From an uncultured Candidatus Poseidoniales archaeon (lineage in GTDB: Archaea > Thermoplasmatota > Poseidoniia > Poseidoniales > Thalassarchaeaceae), in the NCBI GenBank assembly GCA_963990035.1, contig CAXDMJ010000004.1:879-64878 (forward strand): a stretch of DNA of 64,000 bases. Reading direction: 5' to 3'. The translations under genes were made by a program, and so were the position numbers. The first letter of the stretch is position 1, and each line of letters opens with the position of its first letter. Below, one piece after another: positions 56,622 to 64,000 of this stretch. Below the pieces are notes generated by a model. That model had not been told where the DNA came from. It did not search any database and saw only the letters and a list, made by a program, of their open reading frames with translations.

Positions 56622-57970
56622 TTATTCCCTTGCCACCAATCAATTAGACTAGAAGCATTGTTTGGCAAGTCTATTTCAGGAATCCCTGAACCTAAAATTT
56701 TAATTCGCTGTAAACAATTTTCAATAGCCATAGTATTTTTGTTAGAACGAATAATTTGACCTAAACAATACCTAAGATGGGTCTTGGGATTTTCTTTAAT
56801 CCATTTTTGAATTATAGACCTTAAAGGCCATATTGCCAGTACAAGGTATCCGAATGGAAGGTGTTTTTCCTTCATTTGATTCCTAGCTGTATCACGACCT
56901 ATTAATGACCTATGTTGATGTAACCAATCTAAATCATCATTCAAATATCTAATCACTTTATGAGAATGACTTTCAGAAACTGACCTTACAGGACCTTGTG
57001 CTGAACGTAATTCACCAACATCTGCATTCGACATAATAGATAGAGTACCCACAATTGAGGTAATTGAATGGGCAAGAACACTTTTTGGGATATAAGGCCT
57101 GATATTATCTTGAGATTCTGACAATGACTTCTCATGATTTAATTGAGCATTTTTTAGTATTTTCCACGGTTTCTGACCACTTAACCATTCATCACGGTTG
57201 GAATTCGGCTCGACACCTAACCCAACTAGGGTAGTTTGACCCTTACTTTTTATCAAAAGTTTCCTAATGAGATTTTGTTCAACAACCTCGGTTTGAACAT
57301 TTATTGGATTAGGATGAGAATGTATGAATCTCCTAACTCTTAGCCTTAATTCTGCCTTGAATTCTTCTTCACTCCCTTCATTCAGAATAGGGCCTATAAT
57401 TGCCCCCATATCAAAAGGTATTGGCATTTCTAATTCTCCAGAAAGAAGACGATGATATCCGGATCTAATCTCTTTTTGGAGTAAACTGGTTTCAAAGTAT
57501 TCTTCTTTTTCTGAGTGAATTCGTAAAGTCCCTGTCCTTATTCTGTTTAGAGCTAACTCAGGATCGCAATCAACCCATATGCATAGGTCAGGAACTAGAG
57601 CAGCTGAATTCATGTGTGAGACTTTATCGATTCCTAAGCCACCTACTATTCCTTGGTACACTAGAGATGAATGGATATTTCTTTCACTTACTACTACTTT
57701 TCCTTCTTCTAAGCGAGGTAGTATCCAACCATGTGAATGATCAACACGATCTGCTGCAAATAGACCAGCTTCCCCTTCAGGAGTCATAGTTTTTGTTCGT
57801 ACAGAATTAATAGCCAACCTTCCAAGAGGATGGTCCCTCCTAGGTTCTCCTGTAATTTCAACTGAAGAAAAAGTAAATTCTTTCTCTAGAACCTGAGCAA
57901 TTACTTTTGTCGCAAGGCCTTTGCCACTTCCGTCACCACCTTCAACTGTTATTAGGTACATACGAATCAT
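56618..57970 (-). CDS. tmk: Thymidylate kinase fused to a ~250-aa C-terminal domain of unknown function
   Basis: N-terminal ITVEGGDGSGKG (P-loop), GEPRRDHPLG, AADRVDH. Residues ~215-450 have no motif I recognise. The start overlaps the upstream stop by 1 nt (TAATG). Confidence 0.6.
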   Translation of the reverse strand: MIRMYLITVEGGDGSGKGLATKVIAQVLEKEFTFSSVEITGEPRRDHPLGRLAINSVRTKTMTPEGEAGLFAADRVDHSHGWILPRLEEGKVVVSERNIHSSLVYQGIVGGLGIDKVSHMNSAALVPDLCIWVDCDPELALNRIRTGTLRIHSEKEEYFETSLLQKEIRSGYHRLLSGELEMPIPFDMGAIIGPILNEGSEEEFKAELRLRVRRFIHSHPNPINVQTEVVEQNLIRKLLIKSKGQTTLVGLGVEPNSNRDEWLSGQKPWKILKNAQLNHEKSLSESQDNIRPYIPKSVLAHSITSIVGTLSIMSNADVGELRSAQGPVRSVSESHSHKVIRYLNDDLDWLHQHRSLIGRDTARNQMKEKHLPFGYLVLAIWPLRSIIQKWIKENPKTHLRYCLGQIIRSNKNTMAIENCLQRIKILGSGIPEIDLPNNASSLIDWWQGNN

Positions 57971-58710
57971 TAATCCTCTGAGGAATAGTAATCAGTAAAT
58001 TGATCTCTAGTCAAGTACATTAAACCTAATCCTAGAAGGATTAGCAGAGGTCCGATGAAAATCATACCTCTACTAAATAAACCAAAGAAAGTTAACCACC
58101 ATGACCTTCTATATTTATTACCATTGTAAGCTTCTAAACCACCTACAACCCCAGATAAACCTGCAATTAGAGTTACTACTGCTACGAAAAATCCTACAAA
58201 TGCTGATTCTGCCAGATAACTTGTCCCCCTCATATCTAAAATCTCGATTAATCCATCACCCGGAGTTAAAGTAACAGTTATTTGAGCGTGATCCCCAGGT
58301 ATAAGTAAAATTTCAACTGTTTTATTATCTGGGTGCTGAACATAAAGAATGGATGATTGCCGAGGTACGTCATTAATCGAAAATCTACCACCAGAATCAG
58401 TAATATCACTACTAATTAGAGTTCGATCTTCATTAAGTAACTCTACTAATACTCCTTCAATGGGATCTCCACCTGTATTATTCTCAAGTGAAGATATAAT
58501 CAAACCATTAACATCATCTGATGATTGTTCGTTATCAATTTGACCCATTATATCAGCAGGATCTGCAGCCATTAACAGCACTCCTAACATCGCACCTAAA
58601 GCACTACCAGCAATGATTAGTATGGCACCTGCGACACGAGTTGCGGGGTCAATAGACAAGTCATACAACCATAATTCAAAACCTGAACTAGTATTGTTTT
58701 CATCAGTCAT
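57970..58710 (-). CDS. Membrane protein with a CarboxypepD_reg-like beta-sandwich ectodomain
   Basis: N-terminal TM, GGDPIEGVLVELLNEDRTLISSDITDSGGRFSINDV (carboxypeptidase-regulatory-like fold motif), and three C-terminal TM segments. Confidence 0.4.
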   Translation of the reverse strand: MTDENNTSSGFELWLYDLSIDPATRVAGAILIIAGSALGAMLGVLLMAADPADIMGQIDNEQSSDDVNGLIISSLENNTGGDPIEGVLVELLNEDRTLISSDITDSGGRFSINDVPRQSSILYVQHPDNKTVEILLIPGDHAQITVTLTPGDGLIEILDMRGTSYLAESAFVGFFVAVVTLIAGLSGVVGGLEAYNGNKYRRSWWLTFFGLFSRGMIFIGPLLILLGLGLMYLTRDQFTDYYSSED

Positions 58711-58713
58711 TAT

Positions 58714-59781
58714 TCATTCCTCATGCTCATTATCAGTTGTGGCAGATGGGGGGAACAGATGAGTTTGTCGCCTAAATAGTTTGAAAAATATCATTCCAAA
58801 TAGGGGCCATGAGAAAGGCATCACAAAAATCCCAACAATCGACAAAGCAAAGATTTCTAACAAAGAGAAACCATCTTTAGTACAACAATCATCTATTTCT
58901 TCAACAAGTATACAGTTATGAGAATAATTATCGAAATCAACTAAATAATAATTCGACCAATTCTTACCTGTGACCCAGAAAAGAGAACTTTCTAAATCAT
59001 AGGCGATACCATTTAGTTCGCGAGAATTATTATTTTCATACTCAGAACGAATCTCTGAAAAATCATATTCAACACAAACTTGACCCGTCAATTGGCTAAT
59101 ACCAATTATTCTATCTTCAAGCCATATATTAGCGTAAATAAGATCTGAATCAAATGGACATTCGAGCTCATTTAGGCGATTAATAGTTGAGCCATTATAT
59201 TTGATAATCAATGAAGATTCTGCTATAGAAAAATTATTTGAATACAAATTAGATAATTCGTAAGAACCATCTGAAAACCATAATTTATTATTATTGGTAT
59301 TACAAATACCCCAACCTTCTCCTTCAAAAGTGAAATTACCAATTAATTCTAAAGATGAATGATTATATATAAATCCAATATTTTCTTTCCAAGTCAGTTG
59401 AATTAATGACTGATTAACCATCGCTAATCCCTCTGCAAAATATTCATCTGGTAATGTGACCATTTCCTCTACTTCTCCACTAGAGAGGTTGACAATACGT
59501 AAACTAGATTCTCCATATAATCCAGTACTCTCATATAATTGGCCATCATAAATTAATAATCCTTGAGTAAATGCTGAAGAATCATGAGGGATTATCTCGA
59601 TGATTTTGGGGGAGATAATATTAATCTCATCATAATCAGAAGAGGTTAATGAGTCAGAAGAAACAAGGGCTGAAAATGATGAAAAAACTATGAGGAATAC
59701 CATGAGGAAAATGGATTTACGACATCCCCCCTGCTTAATCATGTACGAACGATGCTCCATCGATATTAAAATAGGTCTCAA
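58714..59781 (-). CDS. Glutaminyl-peptide cyclotransferase (beta-propeller plant/bacterial type), membrane-anchored
   Basis: PHDSSAFTQGLLIYDGQLYESTGLYGESSLRIVNLSSGEV and YFAEGLAMVNQSLIQLTWKE match the glutamine cyclotransferase family. N-terminal signal/anchor and C-terminal TM segments. The start may be the ATG at 59742. Confidence 0.7.
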   Translation of the reverse strand: MRPILISMEHRSYMIKQGGCRKSIFLMVFLIVFSSFSALVSSDSLTSSDYDEINIISPKIIEIIPHDSSAFTQGLLIYDGQLYESTGLYGESSLRIVNLSSGEVEEMVTLPDEYFAEGLAMVNQSLIQLTWKENIGFIYNHSSLELIGNFTFEGEGWGICNTNNNKLWFSDGSYELSNLYSNNFSIAESSLIIKYNGSTINRLNELECPFDSDLIYANIWLEDRIIGISQLTGQVCVEYDFSEIRSEYENNNSRELNGIAYDLESSLFWVTGKNWSNYYLVDFDNYSHNCILVEEIDDCCTKDGFSLLEIFALSIVGIFVMPFSWPLFGMIFFKLFRRQTHLFPPSATTDNEHEE

Positions 59782-59809
59782 ACGGGCATTAACTTGTAAT
59801 AAACAGGAT

Positions 59810-62800
59810 GTGACACGATTGTCTAAACTTAATCATAGAAACAACACTACTACTCCATTGTTTCTTGTTTCAGTAATGTTACTAGCTAGTATTTCTCCAA
59901 TCGCGCTAGCAAATTCTTCATCAAGTAATAATACCACTAATATATCAGCAGGTAATCTTGAAGACTACGACCCATTAACAGAAGGAAATAGGTATCTGTT
60001 CACTAATGATACAGCACCTATTTATTCTGCAACTAGTCATTTAAAGAAGCAATGGATAGAGGAAGGTTATCCAAACCTAGTACTCCCATTCTCTCAATCA
60101 TATTCGAACTTGAAGACATCTACACGTAATTGTACGAATGCATGGAGTCAAGGAGATACAGATACTGTTCCAACTGCTAGCGGTAGTATTGATGCGACCG
60201 TACAAAAAATTTCATCTAATGCTGCAATATTTGTAGAAAATGGAAAAATTCTATCTGCAACTACTCTTAATGACATTACATCAACCTTTGAGTCAACAAT
60301 TTATCCAACTGACACGACTTATTTTGGTTCAATGCCTGATGTCGATAATAATTGCCAACTAGAAATAATAATTTTAGGAATAGACGGAGCAGGAGCTACT
60401 GGAGGTTACTTTGCACCAGGAATCTCATCTCAAAGAGAATCAGTATTTATTGATGTAGACGATATGAGTTGGAGAAATACAATACTAGCACATGAACTCC
60501 AACATCTCCTCCATAACGCTAGAGACCCTTATGAAAATCTATGGATAGATGAAGGAGCAGCAGATATGGCCGCTTACCTCTGCTTTGGAGTAACCACCAC
60601 ACTCTCAGGCCATGCAAATGAGTGGTCACAAAATTCGAACATGAGTCTTAGATGGTGGAATCAAAGGATTGCTGACTATGGAGCAGGTTTCATGTTCTTG
60701 ATGTATTTGGCAGACAAGTTAGGAGGAGGAAGTGCAATATCAAGCCTGGTAGCAGATACAGCAACAGGTGGTGCTGGAATAGAAAATCTAGCTGCTAATC
60801 CACAGCCCGGTTCAATCTCAATAGGTACTACGATGAGCGAAATTTACGCAAATTTCAGCGCAGCAGTCACATTAGATAGTCAGCAAGGAGCATTTGGATT
60901 CTCTAATCTAGACCTGTCAGAAGCCTGTACTGCGGCCTTCATTTGTAAAGTGCAAAAATCCGGATATAATGATCAATGGGCGAATGATTGGAGCAGTGAT
61001 AGTGATGCAGTTGAAGGATGGGGTATGAGATCATACAAATTTTCACAAGGTTCAGGTGCACCATTAAATCTGATGGTTTCCCCTACACAGTTTGGGTTTG
61101 AAGGAATTGTAATGTCGAAGGAATCATCGACTGGAACATGGTCTATGAGTCAATTAAGAATTGACCCTGCAAGTGGAGCAGGAACTGGTCTTGTTTACGG
61201 ATTTGGAAATGAAACTGATGAGGTTTGGTTGATTACTTGGTATGAATCACTAGTAGATGACTGTGATTATAATTTTGCCAGTTGTGGAATTACCACTGGT
61301 TCTTATCCTGAAGCAGCAATTACAGTTCAAGCAGGATTAATTACAGACCCAGCAGAAGTAGAAATTTCTGCAATAGAAAATTTTGATAGAGATGGAGACA
61401 ACTTAGATGACAGTAGTAGGATTGACTTAGAAGTCACTTCAAACGCTTTCTTTGAGATACTAGAAGTTGAAGTAAATGCATACGTAAATAATACAGTTGT
61501 AGATACTTTAACTTTTGATATAACAGCAGGTAATAGCATTGCTACGGAAAAAAGTATCTGGTTTACGCCACCTGAAGGAGGAGATTGGACATATGGTGTG
61601 AAAATAACAGACGTCACAGGAATTGTCGTAGATCAAGCATTCGCTTTACCAGTTAATGTTGCTAATATGGAACCCGTGGCATCCGGTTCTATGGCTACAA
61701 ACATCACCCAGACATGGCTTCCAATTGCAATGTACGGCTCTGGTTATGACACATGGGGTTTCAGTCAAGTAAATGGAACATTTAGCCATAATGAAACTCC
61801 TATTGCTTATTTTTGGGATTTAGGAGATAATACATCTTCAGGTTTAAAAAACCCAGTTCATTCATATCTTTATTCTGGAATATACACAGTTGTACTCACT
61901 GTTAGAGACAAAGGAGGTTATTTCTCAGAACCACAAACTTGGACGATAATTGTAGATGATACGTCAGTTCCAGTTCCAGTAATCTCAGTTGATGGAATTG
62001 TACAAGATTCAGAACTAACACTGATGACTAATCAGAGAGTTCAATTTTCGGCATTAGCAAGTCAGGATAACGTACCAATAAATGAAATGACATTTACTTG
62101 GGATTGGGGAGATGGGCAGATTGAGCAAGGTAAAGGATTGGCTGAATTAGGCCATGCATGGGTTGATGGAAGTTCTGATGGTATAATTTATACACTAACT
62201 TTGACTATCGATGATGGAAACCAATTCATCGATTATTCGATATATATCAGAGTACTAAATCGCGTCCCTGAACAGATTTTCCAACAAAATTTACAAACGT
62301 TTACCTTAACCCCTCTTGAAATGCCTTTAGTATTTGAAGATCAAGATGGGTTCATAGTTGAATATCGTTGGATTTTTGAAGAAGGAGTTAATACTGATGG
62401 TTCTGGAATGACGCTCACATCTGATTTTACAATAACTGAATCAGTAGAGATGAATCCGATAGTTGGTTGGAAAGATCCTGGGATGAAGAATGTCACAATA
62501 GAAGTTACTGATGATGATGGGAATACATCTATTGCTAACTTACAAATTCTTGTAATTAATCAAAGACCTGTCGCAATTTTCTCTAGACCTAGCGATGGTG
62601 ATATTGATACAGAATATGTATTTGAAAGTTTGTCATTTGACCCTGATGGAGATAGTTCCTCTATGCAGATAATTTGGAATATTTCTGATTTCGAAGAACC
62701 TATTTACAATGTCACTTCAGTCTATCACACATTCACTAAACCAGGATTATATCGAATTAGTTTAATCGTAATTGATGACAAGGGCCAATCGTCTGCTGAG

Positions 62801-63943
62801 AAGTCATATACGATTAGAATAGAAAACCCTCTACCTATACCCAAATTAGAATTTAGGCAACCTAGTTTGAATGGAACTTCTCTGAACTATATTCCATCGG
62901 ATGAGGACAGTGCCACAACAATTACTTGGCAAGTGCCATTTACAGAAGATGGTGGGGCATTTATAGCTCCAAATATGCCATTACTGTTTGATGGTTCCAA
63001 TAGTTATGATTCAGACCCAATATTTGAGAATATGAATTCAAATAATATTGATGACCCTGAATGGAATGGAATCACAAGATGGATATGGGACTTTGGCGAT
63101 TCTTCACCACAGGTTGAAGGAGTAAGAGTATGGCATCAATATCAACTTCCAGGCATCTATGAGGTTACATTAACAGTCGTAGATGGCTTTGAAGCAGGAG
63201 AAACTAATTCGACAAGTATGTTAGTCTGTGTATCAAGATCCCCTGAAATTATAACTAACGACCCCACTGGTTTAGAATATGTAATAGTTGGAGATATTGT
63301 TAATTTAGAAGCTATTGTAATAGATATTGATATTATTGATGGGATAGAAGCTTGGATGGATACTGACATTAACGAAGACTCGGATGGAGATGGGAATTAT
63401 CAAAATGACCAAAATCGATATCTATCAATTCCAGCAACAATTGAATGGGATCTAAATATAGCCAAGGATGGATTAGATAATGATGGTAATACAATGAATG
63501 ACTTCGTATGGGGAGAACAAGTTTGGACATTGCCAGAATATCAACCGTTAATTATTCGATTACAAGTGTGTGATGGAGTAGATGTCTGTACAAGTAAACA
63601 ATTCGAGATAACAGTACTAGGTATAGAAGATGACGAGGGACCACTGTCAATCTCAGACTTAACATTGAAAGATCTTGTACCAGATGCAGGAAGTGCGGGC
63701 CTTTTGGCATTAGTTGCAGCGGTATTGCTTCTTGGATGGCTAATTATGAGGCAGAAAGACGAAGAAGAGTTAGACGCTTTAGGAAGAATGGAAACATATG
63801 ACGTTCAGGAAGTCGTAAAGGAGGGAGGATTGCAAGGAATGGACCAACATAACCCTCCACCACAACCAAAATACTTGACAATTGAAGAACGAAGAAGCAA
63901 AGAATCAGGGTACATCCGGCCTATTAGGACTAGAAGGAAATGA
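59810..63943 (+). CDS. Giant surface protein 4: HExxH zinc-metallopeptidase-like domain, at least four PKD-like domains, TM anchor, 64-aa cytoplasmic tail
   Basis: Signal LFLVSVMLLASISPIALA. ILAHELQHLLH...WIDEGAAD at 60491-60553 (M30/MA-clan-like; the family is uncertain). PKD motifs YFWDLGDNTSSG..HSYLYSGIYTVVLTVRDKGG, WDWGDGQ and WIWDFGDSSP..HQYQLPGIYEVTLTVVDG. TM LLALVAAVLLLGWLIM. The track ORF starts at 59690 inside the divergent gene; the GTG at 59810 is preferred but uncertain. Confidence 0.7.
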   Translation: MTRLSKLNHRNNTTTPLFLVSVMLLASISPIALANSSSSNNTTNISAGNLEDYDPLTEGNRYLFTNDTAPIYSATSHLKKQWIEEGYPNLVLPFSQSYSNLKTSTRNCTNAWSQGDTDTVPTASGSIDATVQKISSNAAIFVENGKILSATTLNDITSTFESTIYPTDTTYFGSMPDVDNNCQLEIIILGIDGAGATGGYFAPGISSQRESVFIDVDDMSWRNTILAHELQHLLHNARDPYENLWIDEGAADMAAYLCFGVTTTLSGHANEWSQNSNMSLRWWNQRIADYGAGFMFLMYLADKLGGGSAISSLVADTATGGAGIENLAANPQPGSISIGTTMSEIYANFSAAVTLDSQQGAFGFSNLDLSEACTAAFICKVQKSGYNDQWANDWSSDSDAVEGWGMRSYKFSQGSGAPLNLMVSPTQFGFEGIVMSKESSTGTWSMSQLRIDPASGAGTGLVYGFGNETDEVWLITWYESLVDDCDYNFASCGITTGSYPEAAITVQAGLITDPAEVEISAIENFDRDGDNLDDSSRIDLEVTSNAFFEILEVEVNAYVNNTVVDTLTFDITAGNSIATEKSIWFTPPEGGDWTYGVKITDVTGIVVDQAFALPVNVANMEPVASGSMATNITQTWLPIAMYGSGYDTWGFSQVNGTFSHNETPIAYFWDLGDNTSSGLKNPVHSYLYSGIYTVVLTVRDKGGYFSEPQTWTIIVDDTSVPVPVISVDGIVQDSELTLMTNQRVQFSALASQDNVPINEMTFTWDWGDGQIEQGKGLAELGHAWVDGSSDGIIYTLTLTIDDGNQFIDYSIYIRVLNRVPEQIFQQNLQTFTLTPLEMPLVFEDQDGFIVEYRWIFEEGVNTDGSGMTLTSDFTITESVEMNPIVGWKDPGMKNVTIEVTDDDGNTSIANLQILVINQRPVAIFSRPSDGDIDTEYVFESLSFDPDGDSSSMQIIWNISDFEEPIYNVTSVYHTFTKPGLYRISLIVIDDKGQSSAEKSYTIRIENPLPIPKLEFRQPSLNGTSLNYIPSDEDSATTITWQVPFTEDGGAFIAPNMPLLFDGSNSYDSDPIFENMNSNNIDDPEWNGITRWIWDFGDSSPQVEGVRVWHQYQLPGIYEVTLTVVDGFEAGETNSTSMLVCVSRSPEIITNDPTGLEYVIVGDIVNLEAIVIDIDIIDGIEAWMDTDINEDSDGDGNYQNDQNRYLSIPATIEWDLNIAKDGLDNDGNTMNDFVWGEQVWTLPEYQPLIIRLQVCDGVDVCTSKQFEITVLGIEDDEGPLSISDLTLKDLVPDAGSAGLLALVAAVLLLGWLIMRQKDEEELDALGRMETYDVQEVVKEGGLQGMDQHNPPPQPKYLTIEERRSKESGYIRPIRTRRK

Positions 63944-64000
63944 TTGACGTGCCTGTCGGAATAAAGTTAAAAGCAATTTTTCTAAACTTCTGCTTCCTAG

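Noticed and set aside
63940-64000. Possible start of a further plus-strand gene (ATGA overlap with the preceding stop; MIDVPVGIKLKAIFLNFCFL..)
   Set aside because: Only 20 codons are visible before the window ends, which is too little to support a call.
1-64000. Search for mobile elements, CRISPR arrays, toxin-antitoxin pairs, restriction-modification or other recognisable defence islands, and for rRNA/tRNA genes
   Set aside because: No integrase, transposase or recombinase motifs were found. There are no repeat-spacer arrays, no terminal inverted repeats flanking any block, and no tRNA-like cloverleaf. The window reads as core chromosome plus large surface-protein genes.

Overview
This is a gene-dense, AT-rich chromosomal segment of an archaeon. 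It holds about 50 protein genes and one riboswitch. I found no rRNA, tRNA, CRISPR array, transposase or integrase.

Archaeal identity is visible directly. The evidence is an eL40 gene missing from the ORF track (10306-10461), membrane LonB, archaeal-type AspRS, TrmI, Csl4, NMD3, UPF0147 and PGI/PMI. Low GC, a bacterial-type FabH, a SUF system and four giant acidic surface proteins make a marine planktonic Thermoplasmatota origin (MGII/MGIII-like) a reasonable inference. That origin is not demonstrated.

Layout, left to right:
- divergent phosphate locus (AbrB-PhoU regulator; PiT fused to a DUF47/PhoU-like domain)
- TPP-riboswitch-controlled thiBPQ-like ABC importer
- pruA, purA, eL40, Ntn-asparaginase, MFS transporter, LonB
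- giant surface protein 1 (thioredoxin + cadherin-like)
- trmI-aspS
- a tightly coupled five-enzyme operon of unknown pathway
- PilT-like ATPase with KH domain; fabH
- giant surface protein 2 (RCC1 + 16 Cys-rich 34-aa repeats + TSP3-like repeats)
- radical-SAM/HhH protein, Csl4 fusion, METTL5-like methylase, asd
- rmuC with an M23-like peptidase; PGI/PMI; NMD3
- ccmAB(fused)-ccmC-ccmD-like; rhomboid
- giant surface protein 3 (S8 protease); maf; NifU-like; sufCBD
- DUF2085 protein; tmk fusion; glutaminyl cyclase
- giant surface protein 4 (HExxH peptidase + PKD domains)

Items most worth follow-up:
1. a single-ORF Csl4 / RGG / CxxC-x17-CxxC / RRM fusion
2. four giant type-I membrane proteins with eukaryote-like ectodomains and similarly built cytoplasmic tails
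3. the unassigned five-gene enzyme operon
4. an archaeal TPP riboswitch carrying an extra GNRA hairpin
5. a CcmA-CcmB fusion with no ccmE/F/H nearby
6. a recurrent 4-nt overlap of convergent stop codons

All family calls rest on motif reading by eye. No database search was run.
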